The notes under the pieces are model-generated. The model searched no databases and was not told the DNA's origin. It worked only from the letters and a program-made list of their open reading frames with translations. DNA of 64,000 nt. Origin: an uncultured delta proteobacterium. Its GTDB lineage: Bacteria; Myxococcota_A; Polyangia; Fen-1088. The stretch is taken from positions 512,001-576,000 of the forward strand of contig CAVYGB010000002.1 in assembly GCA_963767925.1 (NCBI GenBank), written 5' to 3'. The first letter of the stretch is position 1. Each line of letters starts with the position of its first letter. Positions 10,690-21,201 of the stretch are shown piece after piece. The position numbers and the translations under genes are program-made.

Positions 10690-10703
10690 TCCGCTTCGCT
10701 ACG

Positions 10704-10887
10704 TCCGGCTCGAGTGAGCGGATGTGGACGGCGCGATCCCTCCCCGGCTCGAGGGAGCGGGTGGGGACGGCGCCAATCTCTCCCCGGCTCGAGGGAGCGG
10801 GTGGGGACGGCGCCGATCTCTCCCCGGCTCGAGGGAGCGGGTGGGGACGGCGCCAATCTCTCCCCGGCTCGAGGGAGCGGGTGGGGA
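10704..10887. repeat. 40-bp tandem repeat (3 full, 1 partial, 1 degenerate copy), no spacers
   Basis: tccccggctcgagggagcgggtggggacggcgccRatctc at 10741, 10781, 10821, partial at 10861. Confidence 0.9.
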
Positions 10888-10972
10888 GGCGCGGAGGCAT
10901 CACCTCTCCCCGGGGCTGCGGGGGGAGAGGTTGGTGGGGGTGCGCGACGGGGCCGAGTCGAGGCGGGGGGGG

Positions 10973-12757
10973 TTACTGTTTCTTCGTCAGCGACAACGTG
11001 ACCTTGCGGCCGACTACGTCCATCTTGGCTTCGTTGCGTTCGGGGTCGTACATGAAGCGCAGCTCGCTGCCGGCGCCTTTGCGGTTGACCTGGACGGTGA
11101 GGAGCTCGCCGGCGGGCTTGTAGGTCCCCGGCAGGACTTTGGGCCGTCCGCGGGGGAGGAGGAGGGTGACGCCGGGGGGTTGAGTGAGGAGCTGGCGGCG
11201 GGCGCCGCGGCTGCTGCCGACCAGGGGGAGGGTGAACTTGCTGGTGGGGCCGGCGGCGGCGAAGGTCAGCGTGCCCTTTTTGGGGGTGCTGATGGGGACC
11301 GGTGGCGCGGCGGCTGCTGGCGCGGCGGGCGGCGTGCCCTCCTTGCCGGCGGCGGGCGTGCCGGGGGCGTTGAGCGGGGTGGCCTCGGGGCGCGCGGTGG
11401 GAGCCGGCGGGGGTGGGGCGGCGGCGGTGGAGCCGCTGCGGCGCTGCGAGGTGATGAGGACCAGCCCGGCCACGGCGGCCACCGCCACCGCGCCCACGCC
11501 CCACACGTTGAAACGCCGGCGGGGGGCCTGCGACAGCGGGGTGGAGAGGGTCATCGGCGGGATGGTCTGGGGGCTCGAAGCGTCCGAGACGGTGGGCGTC
11601 TTCTCCGAGTCGGGCGCCTGGCGGCGGTGGCGCAGGGCCGGCAGCGGCGGCGGGCCCAGCCGGACCATGTGCGAGACCAGCGGCGAGGCCCCCTCGACCG
11701 GCTGCTCGATGGCCGGCTCGGCCGACAGGCCGTTGACGGCGGGGGTCGGCTCCTCGGCGGGGGCGTGGGCCAGCTCGGCGGCCTCGAGCTGGGTGAGCCG
11801 GGGGCCGGGGGTCTCCTCGGCCGGGGGCGCGGCGAACAGCTCGGAGGGCTCGGGCAGCGCCGGGAGATCCGAGAGCTGCAGCGAGGGACCCGAGGGGCTC
11901 TCGCTCGCGGCCGCGCCGGGCACCGGCAGGGGCGGCGGCGTCGGGGCCGGCGGGGCCGGCATCTCCTCGGCGCCGCCGAGGAGCTGGGCCGAGCCGGAAT
12001 CGGGCGGGTATGCCGTCTCGACCGCGGCGGAGTGGGGAAATGCCGAGACGATGTCCGACCGCCCGATGGCGCCGAACGGCGACTCGTCGCGGGCCTCGGG
12101 CGCCACCGCGGCGGCCCGCTGCACCTCGGGATCGCCGTCGAGATCGATCTCGGCCAGCGGCGCCGCCGCCACGTGATCCCGTCCCAGCAGCGAGACGTTG
12201 AGCTGCAGCCGGGGCACGCCGTCCTCGCTGCTCGGCTCGAGCACGACGGCGTCGAGGGTGCCTTCCTCGTTGGCCCCGCCGTTGGGGCCGAAGCTGACCC
12301 GCACCGTCGAGTTGAGGCGCAGGAACGGCAGGCGCGTCGCCAGGCGCACGCCCTCGCCCAGCACCGCGGCCTGGCAGCGGATGGGGGCGGCCATGCCCTC
12401 GAACCAGACATCGACCGGCTTGCTGTCGCGCGGGTCGGGCTCGACGACGCGGTTGAGCAACTCGGCGTCCTTCTCGTCGAGATCGAGGAACTCGATGCCG
12501 GCGCCCGGGCTCTTGTCGGGGGTGGAGGCCGAGGGCTGGCGCACCCAGGCCACCCGCCCGCGCACCGTCCGGTGCTGGCCACCGAGATCGAGCCGGCAGA
12601 TGACCTCGGTGCCCGCCTCCGGGAGATCGGTGGCGGTCACGAACACCCCGTGGGGGCTGAGGTTCTGGACCCGGGCGACCACGCTGTCGTCTCGGTCCGG
12701 CGTTTTCAAACGTATCCGAGTTTGATACGCGATCCGGTGCTGGCGGCGCAGCTGCAT
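10973..12757 (-). CDS. PilZ-domain bitopic membrane protein with Pro-rich linkers
   Basis: RRQHR (RxxxR) and NLSPHG (D/NxSxxG), GRVAWVR, GAGIEF; one TM segment VWGVGAVAVAAVAGLVLI. Confidence 0.85.
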   Translation of the reverse strand: MQLRRQHRIAYQTRIRLKTPDRDDSVVARVQNLSPHGVFVTATDLPEAGTEVICRLDLGGQHRTVRGRVAWVRQPSASTPDKSPGAGIEFLDLDEKDAELLNRVVEPDPRDSKPVDVWFEGMAAPIRCQAAVLGEGVRLATRLPFLRLNSTVRVSFGPNGGANEEGTLDAVVLEPSSEDGVPRLQLNVSLLGRDHVAAAPLAEIDLDGDPEVQRAAAVAPEARDESPFGAIGRSDIVSAFPHSAAVETAYPPDSGSAQLLGGAEEMPAPPAPTPPPLPVPGAAASESPSGPSLQLSDLPALPEPSELFAAPPAEETPGPRLTQLEAAELAHAPAEEPTPAVNGLSAEPAIEQPVEGASPLVSHMVRLGPPPLPALRHRRQAPDSEKTPTVSDASSPQTIPPMTLSTPLSQAPRRRFNVWGVGAVAVAAVAGLVLITSQRRSGSTAAAPPPPAPTARPEATPLNAPGTPAAGKEGTPPAAPAAAAPPVPISTPKKGTLTFAAAGPTSKFTLPLVGSSRGARRQLLTQPPGVTLLLPRGRPKVLPGTYKPAGELLTVQVNRKGAGSELRFMYDPERNEAKMDVVGRKVTLSLTKKQ

Positions 12758-13026
12758 CTGGTTCCCTTTCCTCCCGGGGAATGTGGCGGGGTGAGTTTAG
12801 GCAGGGGTCTCGCCGCGACACAAGCAAGTCGGCCACTGGACGCGCCTGGCCTACGCACCCCGCAGCTCCCCTCGCACCCCACCTGCACGCCGCGGCGTCT
12901 GTAGGCAGGCGATCGGGCGCGCTCAGCGACGAAGAAACCGCGACTGACCGGAGACCGCGCGCGCTGTCTCGAGCCACGCACGCGACAAATTGGCCGCCTC
13001 TTCCGGCAACCGGCTTAACGCATTTT

Positions 13027-13404
13027 TTACCGAGAGTCCCAGGTTCGCGCGCCGGGCAGCGCGCTCAGGTCGCCCTTGGCGCGGATGACACAGAAGCGCT
13101 GCCCGGTCGGCGCTTCCATCACCCACCAGGTGTTGACCTGGGCGACTCGCCGCGCCCCCAGCGCCTCGAGGCGGCTGGCCTCCGCCTCGACGTCGTCGGC
13201 CTCGATGTCGACGTGCACGCGGCTGGGGTGGGTCACGGCCTGCACCTCGATGGCGAGGTCCCGGCTCGATCCGTCGAGGCGGATGTAGCTGCCCTCTTTC
13301 TCGAGCGGCTCCATCCCCAGGGCGGCGCTCCAGAAGGAGGCCGCGCCCGGGAGGTCGGTGGTGTTGCAGTCGAGGATGAACCCGGCCAGCCGGCTACGGT
13401 GCAT
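13027..13404 (-). CDS. VOC/glyoxalase-family protein
   Basis: MHRSRLAGFILDC, SRVHVDIEADD, WWVMEAPTGQRFCVI. Confidence 0.88.
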   Translation of the reverse strand: MHRSRLAGFILDCNTTDLPGAASFWSAALGMEPLEKEGSYIRLDGSSRDLAIEVQAVTHPSRVHVDIEADDVEAEASRLEALGARRVAQVNTWWVMEAPTGQRFCVIRAKGDLSALPGARTWDSR

Positions 13405-13468
13405 GGTGCCGGCAATATGGCCACCGCGGCGGGAGATGTCACCCCGCCGTCGGTGGCACAATAGGTTC

Positions 13469-14296
13469 ATGGACGAGGAGCGGGCGCTGGTCGCCCCCGC
13501 CAGCTCGCAGCTCATCGACCGGGCTGGCGTCGAGGTGGAACGTTCCCTCGGCTCCCGCGCAGGACGTTACGTCGTGCTCGTGACTGCCGGTGTCGCGGTG
13601 GCGACGGTGGCGGGTGCGCTCGGCGGGACGCCGCTGGGGGCGGCGACCCTGCTGGTCACCCTGGTGGGGCCGCCGCTGGTGTTCCTCGCCCGGCGGGTGC
13701 TGCGGTTCGTGCGGGCGGGCTTCGCCGCCACCGGCGCCTTTCGCCTGGCCAAACACCGCCTGCGGGCCAGCTTCGACGGCCTGGCCGAGGGGCAGTGGGT
13801 GCGCGTGCGCGGCCAGGTGCTGCCCGGCCCCACCTTCACCAGCGCGGGGGGCCAGGCCCAGGCGGTGCTGGCCTGTTACGTGGGGACGCTGGGGGGCCTG
13901 CGGGCCTCGATCGACGCCGCCCAGCGCTGGGAGCTGCACGGCCTGGACTTCTCGCTGGCCGTCCCCGGCGGCGAGCGGGTGCTGATCAAGGTGGCGGGCG
14001 CGCGCTTCCTCGATCGGCTCTCGGTGGTGCCCGACGAGTGGTTCGACCGGCGCCCGCTGGCCTCGCGCAACACCGACCGCCGGGGCGTGGAGGTGGCCGC
14101 GGTCTACGGGGAGGACGTGGTGATGGTGGGCGAGGAGATCGAGGTGCTGGGGTTCCTGCGGCGGGAGGTCGACCCGCGCAGCGAGTCCGGCTTCCGGGGC
14201 GCCCGCCCGATCCCCGTCCTGCGCGCCCGCCCCCCCTGGGCCCTCCTGATCCGCCGCCCACCTCCCGAGCTCCCCCCCGTGCGGGACCCGGCCTGA
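13469..14296 (+). CDS. Hypothetical membrane protein
   Basis: Two N-terminal TM segments, then a beta-rich domain (WVRVRGQV, GEEIEVLG). Confidence 0.65.
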   Translation: MDEERALVAPASSQLIDRAGVEVERSLGSRAGRYVVLVTAGVAVATVAGALGGTPLGAATLLVTLVGPPLVFLARRVLRFVRAGFAATGAFRLAKHRLRASFDGLAEGQWVRVRGQVLPGPTFTSAGGQAQAVLACYVGTLGGLRASIDAAQRWELHGLDFSLAVPGGERVLIKVAGARFLDRLSVVPDEWFDRRPLASRNTDRRGVEVAAVYGEDVVMVGEEIEVLGFLRREVDPRSESGFRGARPIPVLRARPPWALLIRRPPPELPPVRDPA

Positions 14297-14393
14297 CCCG
14301 CACGAGCAGCCCTTTCCCCGCCGAGCCCGTCTGCCCCGATCGTTCCCGTCCCCGCTCCCGTTCCCGGACCCGTCCTCCGTACCGGCAACCTGC

Positions 14394-15668
14394 CTACGCC
14401 GCCGCCGCCGCCGGGCGGGGCTCGTCGACCAGGGGGACGGTGGGGTCGATGCGGGTGAAGACCACCGCCGAGATGGCCGTCATCGCCGCCAGGGGGATGA
14501 GCGCCAGGCTGTAGTGGCCGTCGAGCGCCTTGACCAGGTAGCCGAACACCACCGCCGAGACGAACGAGCCGAGCTGACCGGCCATGTTCATGGCGCCCGA
14601 GATCGACCCCGCCGAGCGGCGGCCGAGATCGAGGCTCATCGCCCAGGCCACCGGTAAAAAACAGTCCATCGAGAACGCGCCCAGGCAGAGGAAGATCGCC
14701 GCCGCCACGTTGTTCTCGGTGAAGGCGGCCGCGAACAGGAAGGCTGCGCCGAAGGCCAGGCCCAGCGTCCCCACCGTGCGCCGCCCGAACAGCAGGCCCC
14801 GCCGCCGCACGAGCAGATCGGAGACCATGCCCCCGGTGAAGTTGCCGATGGCGCCCATGAGGAAGGGCAGCGCCGACCACAGCTTCATGTCGTTCTCGCT
14901 GAAGCCGCGCCCCTTCTGCAGATAGGTGTGCAGCCAGCCGACATAGAAGAACGCGCCCCAGGCATAGGCGTGGTAGGTGAACAGCAGCTTCCAGAAGTTG
15001 GCCTTGCGGATCACCGCGCCCCAGGCGACGGGGCGGTGGGCGGGGGGCGGACCGGCGTCGGCCCCGCGGATGAGGGCCAGCTCGGCCGCGCTGATCCCCT
15101 TCTTGTCCTCGGGGCGGTCGCGGTACCAGAGGTACCAGACCAGGCACCAGATCACGCCGATGGCCCCGAAGATGTAAAAGCTCGTGCGCCAGCCCCAGCG
15201 CTGCTGGATCGGGACCACGAGCAGGGCCGAGAACATCCCTCCCAGGCGGCTGGCCATCCAGACCACGCCCTGGGCGCGGCTGCGCTCGTGGGCCGGGAAC
15301 CAGCGGGAGATGGCCGAGGTGGCCCCCGGGAAGGCGCCCGCCTCCCCCGCCCCGAACAGGAAGCGCACCAGCAGCAGCAGCCCAAGCGACGACACCAGCC
15401 CGGTGGCGTAGGTGAAGACCGACCAGAACAGGACGATCCGGGTCAAGGTGACCCGCGCCCCCCAGCGGTCGGCCATCATGCCGCCCGGGATCTCGAACAG
15501 CGCGTACCCCAGGGTGAAGGCGCCGATCACCCAGCCCCACTGGTGGGGCGCGATCCCCAGCTCGTTCTGCATGCGGGGTCCCGCCACGCTGATGCAGACC
15601 CGGTCGAGGTAGGTCACGACCGAGAGGAAAAACAGGAGGGCGAGCGTCCGATGCCGGTACCCCAACAC
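14394..15668 (-). CDS. MFS transporter (ACS / sugar-acid type)
   Basis: YLDRVCIS, GMMADRWGAR, RFLFGAGEAG, RWFPAHER, GAMNMAG; about 12 TM segments. Confidence 0.92.
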   Translation of the reverse strand: MLGYRHRTLALLFFLSVVTYLDRVCISVAGPRMQNELGIAPHQWGWVIGAFTLGYALFEIPGGMMADRWGARVTLTRIVLFWSVFTYATGLVSSLGLLLLVRFLFGAGEAGAFPGATSAISRWFPAHERSRAQGVVWMASRLGGMFSALLVVPIQQRWGWRTSFYIFGAIGVIWCLVWYLWYRDRPEDKKGISAAELALIRGADAGPPPAHRPVAWGAVIRKANFWKLLFTYHAYAWGAFFYVGWLHTYLQKGRGFSENDMKLWSALPFLMGAIGNFTGGMVSDLLVRRRGLLFGRRTVGTLGLAFGAAFLFAAAFTENNVAAAIFLCLGAFSMDCFLPVAWAMSLDLGRRSAGSISGAMNMAGQLGSFVSAVVFGYLVKALDGHYSLALIPLAAMTAISAVVFTRIDPTVPLVDEPRPAAAAA

Positions 15669-15720
15669 GCCCCGACACTACCCCCATCGCCCGACCGGCT
15701 ACCACCCCTAGTCCTCACGG

Positions 15721-16062
15721 ACGGTTCGAGCCGCGCCGCCGGAGGCCCCTCACCCCTTCCCTCTCCTTGCGCCGCGGGGCGAGGGCGAACATTTCAGCCA
15801 GGTGCCGCGAGCATCTTCGCGAGCGGGCGCCCGTCGCAAATTCTCCCGCGATTTCCCTCACCCGGGCCCATTCGCCAAGGTGCTCGACGGCGGAGTCACC
15901 GAAATTTCCGCGCCCCGTTGCCCGTTCGCCCCCGCCCCGCGGCAGCGGGGAGAGTCCTCGTGACGCCGGAGACGGCCTCACCCCACTGACGGAAATGGTG
16001 AGATCACTGATCTCGAGCGGTTGCGGCCCTTTTCCATAGCAGGGAGGGGTGAGGGGGCTCCG
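15721..16062. repeat. REP-like inverted doublet with interrupted right arm
   Basis: Same arms as 1383-1555; right arm is split within ggggag|agggaggggtgaggg. Confidence 0.85.
15953..16040. mobile_element. 88-bp REP-inserted element, copy 1 (MITE candidate)
   Basis: Absent from intact REP arms; near-identical to 30932-31021; ends ...tttccatagc. Confidence 0.6.
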
Positions 16063-16118
16063 GGCAAAGGTGGGCGTTCGGGTTGCGTCACCCGAAGCCG
16101 CCCGCGGCGGGATGCCGC

Positions 16119-16625
16119 TCAGGGCTTCTTGGCCGCCGGGGTCTGCGCGGTGGCGGGCGCGGGTGGGGAGGCGGGCGCGGCGGCGGTGGGCGCCAGGGGG
16201 CGGGTGGCGTGGCGGGCGAGCATTTGCCAGCCGGCGGGCGTCCTGGTCCAGACGGTGAGGTAGACGAGGTTGACGACGTTGACCTTGTCGTCGTTCCGCT
16301 GCCGCATCTCCATCTTGCCGGTCAGCACCGCGGTGGAGCCGTGCACCTTCACGGTGCTGTCGGTCAGGTCGATTCCCTCGTAGGTGACCTTGTTGGTCAA
16401 CACGTGCTCGATGGCCTGGGCCTTCGTCTCGAGCAGCCCGCTCGAGTGACCGTAGGTGAGCCCCGGGTGGTAGACCTTCTCGAACAGCCCCTTGTCCTTC
16501 TTCATGGTGGCCTGGCGCCAGGTGTCCATGGCACCCAGCACCGCTGTCTCGGTCGGGCTGGCCGCCAGGGCCGGCGCGCCCGCCAGCGTGCACACACCGA
16601 GAACGACGAGATGAAATCCGCGCAT
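16119..16625 (-). CDS. Secreted NTF2-like (DUF4440-type) protein
   Basis: Signal peptide ending ALA; LTYGHSSG, VKVHGSTAVLTG, VWTRTPAGWQMLARHA. Confidence 0.85.
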   Translation of the reverse strand: MRGFHLVVLGVCTLAGAPALAASPTETAVLGAMDTWRQATMKKDKGLFEKVYHPGLTYGHSSGLLETKAQAIEHVLTNKVTYEGIDLTDSTVKVHGSTAVLTGKMEMRQRNDDKVNVVNLVYLTVWTRTPAGWQMLARHATRPLAPTAAAPASPPAPATAQTPAAKKP

Positions 16626-16842
16626 GAGAGCTCCTCTTTCCCCCCGGGCCGGCCTGACCGACCCGGGGCCCCGTTGCCGGCCGCCCGGCCGTCGTCCGAC
16701 GCGCCAGCGGCCAATCGCGCCCGAGCCTAGACGTAAACCCCGACCCGCGCAGCGAGATTCGCCGGCCCACGGGCAGGCGCGTCCGGGCCGGCGCCCCCTC
16801 GATCCCGTAGTCAGCCGGGCCGGGCGGCGCTAGATTGCCGGC

Positions 16843-19092
16843 GTGACGGTCGAGGCGGAGGCACGTGGCGAGCACGACCTGGGGGGGCTCGGTTACGAGA
16901 ACCAGGGGCAACTGCTGCGCGACGTGGTCGCCGGCGCGCCGCTGCCGCGCATCCTCGAGAGCCTGGTCCGGGCCATCGAGGGCAGGGCGCCCGGGCTGCT
17001 CGCTTCGATCCTCCTGATGGAGAGGGGCCGGCTCCGGCTGGGGGCCGCCCCCAGCTTGCCCGAGGGGTACAACCGCGCCGCCGACGACCACCCGATCGGC
17101 GAGGGCTTCGGCTCCTGCGGGACCGCCGCCCACCGGCGCCAGCTCGTCGTCGTCGAGGCCATCGACAGCGATCCCCTGTGGAAGAACTACCGGGAGATCG
17201 CCCGCCGCTACCACCTGGGCGCCTGCTGGTCGATGCCGATCCTCAACGCCCGGGACGAGGTGCTCGGGACCTTCGCCCTCTACCACCAGGAGCCGCGCCG
17301 CCCCTCGCCCGAGGAGCTGGCCCTCATCCGCCACTTCTCCGAGCTGACCGCCTTCGCCATCGAGCACCACCGGCTGCGCGGCGCCCTGCAGGACCGCGAC
17401 CAGCGGCTCCGCGAGCTGCTGGCGGATCTCGACGGGCTGGCCTGGGAGCCCGCGGGCGAGGGCCGTTGCTTCGCGCAGGTCAGGCAGGGCGCTGCGCGCG
17501 TGCTGGGCCAGGTCGCCGAGCGCTGGCAGCGCGAGCCCGGCCTCTGGGCCAGCCTGCTGCACCCCGAGGACCGGGAGACGACCTTGCGCCGCCACCAGCA
17601 GGCGGTGGCCGATCCCGAGGAAGGGGAGCTGACCTACCGCCTGCTGGGCGCCGACGGCCAGGTGGTCTGGGTGCGCGACGTCCTGCACGTGCGCACCGAC
17701 CCGGCCAGCGGGGCCCGGGAGCTGCGGGGCGTGATGGTGGACGTCACACGCCAGCGCGAGGCCGAGCAGGAGCGCGAGGACCTGCTGCGCCGCCAGCGCG
17801 ATCCGGCGGCGCTCGAGCGCCAGCGGGTCGAGGGGTCGCTGCGCCTGCTGGCCGACGCGGGGGCCGAGCTGGGGACCTTGCTCGAGCCGGAGAGCACCGC
17901 CCGCAGCGTGGCGGCGCTGGCCACCCGGGAGCTGGCCGACTGGTGCCTCATGGTCACCCGCGAGGGCGAGGGAATCCGCGCCGCCGCGTTCGCCCACCGG
18001 GATCCCGGCAAGGCCGCCCTCGGCGCCGAGCTGGAGCGCCTGCTGCCCGAGCCGGGCGGGGCCCCCTTCGGCGTCGCCGGTGTCCTGGCGGGCGGCGAGC
18101 GGGAGCTCCTGCCCGAGATCTCCGCCGAGGCCTTCGGCCCGGGCGCGGCCCGGCCCGAGCTGATGCGCCTGATGCGGGGCCTGGGGGCCGAGTCGGCGAT
18201 GACCGTGCCGCTGCAGGCCCGCCACCAGGTGCTGGGCGCCATCCTCTACGTCTCGGCCTCCCCGCAACACCGCTACGGCGAGCGCGACCTGCTGGTGGCC
18301 GAGGAGCTGGGGCGGCGGGCGGCCCTGGCCCTGGCCAACGCGCGCCTGTACCACGAGGCCCAGGCGGCCATCCGCCAGCGCGAGGAGTTCCTCTCCATCG
18401 CTGCCCACGAGCTGCGCACGCCGCTCGCCACCTTGCAGCTCGCCACCCAGAGCATCCTGCTGGTGCTCGACAGCAGCCCCCTCAGCGTCGATTTCCTGCG
18501 GGCGCGGGCGCTGGCCGGCGAGCGCCAGACCCTGCGGCTGAGCCGCCTGATCAACGACCTGCTCGACGTGTCGGCGATGAAGGCCGGCCAGATGCGGATC
18601 CAGCGGGAGAACATGGACCTGGTGGCGGCGGTGCAGGCGGTGCTCAACCGGATGCACCACGACCTGACCCGCAAGGGCATCGACGTGACGGTCCACGCCC
18701 CCGGCGCCGCGATGGGGCGCTGGGACCCCGACCGCCTCGAGCAGATCATCACCAACCTGCTCACCAATGCGGTCAAATACGGCGAACGGCGCCCGGTGCA
18801 GGTGTCCGCCCTGGCCGAGGGCGAGTGGGCCCGGCTCGAGGTGGCCGACCAGGGGATCGGCATGAGCGCCGAGGTGCGGGGCCGCCTGTTCCAGGCCTTC
18901 GAGCGGGGGATCTCGGCGACCCACTACGGCGGCCTGGGCCTGGGCCTGTACATCACCGCCCAGATCGTGCGCGCGCACGGGGGGACCATCTCGGTGCGCA
19001 GCACGCCGGAGGAGGGATCGACCTTCACGGTCGAGCTGCCGCGGGGCCTGTCACAACGGGGAGGCCATGAGCACGATCCTCATCGTGGATGA
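16843..19092 (+). CDS. Sensor histidine kinase (GAF-PAS-GAF-HisKA-HATPase)
   Basis: [46 protein letters not shown]. Confidence 0.93.
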   Translation: MTVEAEARGEHDLGGLGYENQGQLLRDVVAGAPLPRILESLVRAIEGRAPGLLASILLMERGRLRLGAAPSLPEGYNRAADDHPIGEGFGSCGTAAHRRQLVVVEAIDSDPLWKNYREIARRYHLGACWSMPILNARDEVLGTFALYHQEPRRPSPEELALIRHFSELTAFAIEHHRLRGALQDRDQRLRELLADLDGLAWEPAGEGRCFAQVRQGAARVLGQVAERWQREPGLWASLLHPEDRETTLRRHQQAVADPEEGELTYRLLGADGQVVWVRDVLHVRTDPASGARELRGVMVDVTRQREAEQEREDLLRRQRDPAALERQRVEGSLRLLADAGAELGTLLEPESTARSVAALATRELADWCLMVTREGEGIRAAAFAHRDPGKAALGAELERLLPEPGGAPFGVAGVLAGGERELLPEISAEAFGPGAARPELMRLMRGLGAESAMTVPLQARHQVLGAILYVSASPQHRYGERDLLVAEELGRRAALALANARLYHEAQAAIRQREEFLSIAAHELRTPLATLQLATQSILLVLDSSPLSVDFLRARALAGERQTLRLSRLINDLLDVSAMKAGQMRIQRENMDLVAAVQAVLNRMHHDLTRKGIDVTVHAPGAAMGRWDPDRLEQIITNLLTNAVKYGERRPVQVSALAEGEWARLEVADQGIGMSAEVRGRLFQAFERGISATHYGGLGLGLYITAQIVRAHGGTISVRSTPEEGSTFTVELPRGLSQRGGHEHDPHRG

Positions 19093-19420
19093 CGACGAGG
19101 ACTTCCACGAGGCGCTCGAGGCGGCCATCGCGAGCCAGGGGTTCGCGGTCCGGCACGCGGCGAACGGGCGGGAGGCCCTGCGCAGCCTGGCCCCCGGGCA
19201 GCCCCGCCCCGACGCCATCCTGATCGATCTGATGATGCCCCAGATGGACGGCTGGGAGCTCCTGCAGGCCATCGCCCAGGACCCCGCGCTGGTGGCGATC
19301 CCGGCGGCGGTGCTGAGCGCGGCCCCCGATCCGGGCGCGCTGCCCCCCGGGGTGACCCTGCTGCCCAAACCCTGCGACCTGCACGAGCTGCTCCGCTTCC
19401 TGCGCGCCGCCGGCGGGTGA
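19067..19420 (+). CDS. Single-domain response regulator
   Basis: [18 protein letters not shown]. Confidence 0.9.
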   Translation: MSTILIVDDDEDFHEALEAAIASQGFAVRHAANGREALRSLAPGQPRPDAILIDLMMPQMDGWELLQAIAQDPALVAIPAAVLSAAPDPGALPPGVTLLPKPCDLHELLRFLRAAGG

Positions 19421-19464
19421 ACGCCGCCGGCCGGTGCGCGCCGCCGGCCGGTGCGCGCGGATGC

Positions 19465-19905
19465 TCAGGGGGCCCGGGCGGGCGCGGGCCCGGGGGCGCC
19501 AGCCACGAGGGAGGTGGTGCAGGAGCGGCAGCGGCGGGCCGCCTCGGGGATGGTCTCCAGGCACTCCGGGCAGGTCTTGGTGGCGGGCGGCCTGGGCGGC
19601 GCCTCCTTGCGGTTGAACAGGCCGAGGAACTTCACCAGCACGAAGAACAGCACCGCCGCCACGATGACGAAGTCGATGATCGACGCCAGCAGGTGCCCCA
19701 CCTTGAGCTGCATCCCGGCGATGGGCTCGAACACCACGTCCCGCCAGCCGCCCGCGGGGAGCAGCAGCGAGATCACCGGCATGACCAGATCCTCGACGAA
19801 GGCGGTGGTGATCTTGCCGAAGGCGGCGCCGATGATCACGCCGACCGCCAGGTCGACGACATTCCCGCGGAACACGAACTGCCGGAACTCGTTCCTCAGC
19901 GACAT
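19465..19905 (-). CDS. mscL: Large-conductance mechanosensitive channel with C-terminal Cys4 zinc ribbon
   Basis: EFRQFVFRGNVVDLAVGVIIGAAFGKI; CPEC...RCRSCT tail. Confidence 0.95.
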   Translation of the reverse strand: MSLRNEFRQFVFRGNVVDLAVGVIIGAAFGKITTAFVEDLVMPVISLLLPAGGWRDVVFEPIAGMQLKVGHLLASIIDFVIVAAVLFFVLVKFLGLFNRKEAPPRPPATKTCPECLETIPEAARRCRSCTTSLVAGAPGPAPARAP

Positions 19906-19953
19906 CAATCTTCCTTACACCCGCCCGCCACCGCCCGGCAAATCCGCCCCGCT

Positions 19954-21063
19954 TCAGTCGACGACGATGGGGGCAAAGCCGCGCACGACGATGGTGCGAT
20001 CGGCCGACTGCCCCCAGGTGGAGAAGAAGAAGTCGCCGGTGGCGGGATCGCGGTAGGCGCCCTCGGCCCCCTGCAGGCCCACGATGAAGGGGCGGCGGGT
20101 GGCCAGGCGGGGGTCGCCCCGCTCGTCGACCTCGTAGGTGGTGATCTGGTCGGCGCTCCACTCGGACACGAGCAGCGAATGGGCCGGGAACAGCGGGCTG
20201 CCGGCGGCGACGTAGACGAACCCCTCGGGCCCGCCGGGCAGGGTCAGCACGTGGGTGGCGGCGGGGACGTCGAAGGTCCCCTGACCGTCGGGCTGCAGGG
20301 TCACGGTGTACCACTGCCCGACCGACCAGGAGACCAGCTTGAGCGCGTCGCCGGGGGCCACGCTGGCGGGCACGAAGTTCAGGCTGGCCGAGGCGTGGGC
20401 CACCCCGAGGGCCGACAGATCGATCACCTTGTCGGCCAGGGCGCTGCCCGGGCGGGTCTGCTGGAGGGCGTTGCTCGGCCAGCGCGACAGCAGCAGCGTG
20501 CCGTTGGGGGCGAAGGCGACGCCGCCGTCGTTGTAGGGCGCCTCGGCGTGGACGGTGGCGGGGCCGGCGAAGCCGTTGACGTGGCCGGTGGCGTCGCGGG
20601 TGACCGGGACGGCGTAGAGCTTGCCGGTGGCGAGGTTGGCGTCCCCGCCGATGAGCAGGGTCGAGCTGCAGCGCTCGGGGGTGAGGGTGAGGCCCCCGTA
20701 TTTCTGGGGCGGGACCCCGGGCACCGGCCCGAGGTCGTGGCAGGTGTATTTGCCGGCGTAGAAGGGATCGACGGTCACGCCGAGCTCGGCGCAGCTCCGG
20801 GTGGTGGTGGCCGCCGCGCCGGCGGGCGGGCAGGCGGGCATCGCGATCGGGGGGGCGGGCCCGCTGGGCGCGGCGGGCGGCAGCACGAACCCGGCATCCG
20901 GCGCGGGCGGCGGCGCGGGCGCGGCGGCGCTGGCCGCGGGTGGCGCCGGCGCGGGGTCCACCGTCGTCAGCAGCTTGGGCCTGGCGCAGGCCACGGCCCC
21001 GCCCAGCAGAAGGAGCAACCCGACCGCCACCCGGCCGCGCGAGCGCGCATGCGTGTTCGTCAT
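19954..21063 (-). CDS. Lipoprotein with beta-propeller-like domain
   Basis: Lipobox AVAC, Pro/Ala linker, YGGLT, APYNDGG, GPEGFVYV, GAEGA; RBS ggagg. Confidence 0.7.
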   Translation of the reverse strand: MTNTHARSRGRVAVGLLLLLGGAVACARPKLLTTVDPAPAPPAASAAAPAPPPAPDAGFVLPPAAPSGPAPPIAMPACPPAGAAATTTRSCAELGVTVDPFYAGKYTCHDLGPVPGVPPQKYGGLTLTPERCSSTLLIGGDANLATGKLYAVPVTRDATGHVNGFAGPATVHAEAPYNDGGVAFAPNGTLLLSRWPSNALQQTRPGSALADKVIDLSALGVAHASASLNFVPASVAPGDALKLVSWSVGQWYTVTLQPDGQGTFDVPAATHVLTLPGGPEGFVYVAAGSPLFPAHSLLVSEWSADQITTYEVDERGDPRLATRRPFIVGLQGAEGAYRDPATGDFFFSTWGQSADRTIVVRGFAPIVVD

Positions 21064-21201
21064 GTCCCGCCTCCGGCGCCACTATAACAACCAGCGCCCA
21101 CCCCGATCGCCGACCCGCCCCGACGAGAAAGTTCCCGGCTTCGCGCGCGCGTCCCGCCCCGATCGCAATCACCTCTGCCCGCTGATCGACCCGGGAGCGC
21201 C

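Noticed and set aside
10741..10887. Possible CRISPR array
   Set aside because: 40-bp units are contiguous with no unique spacers, and no cas genes are present
9810..12977. Very long overlapping ORFs (also 15715-18978, 40830-43742, 37012-39213, and the 5' extension of 47327-50938)
   Set aside because: Arg/Pro/Gly-rich shadow frames expected at high GC; real genes occupy other frames
15953..16040. Group II intron remnant or tRNA fragment
   Set aside because: No domain V pattern or cloverleaf recognised
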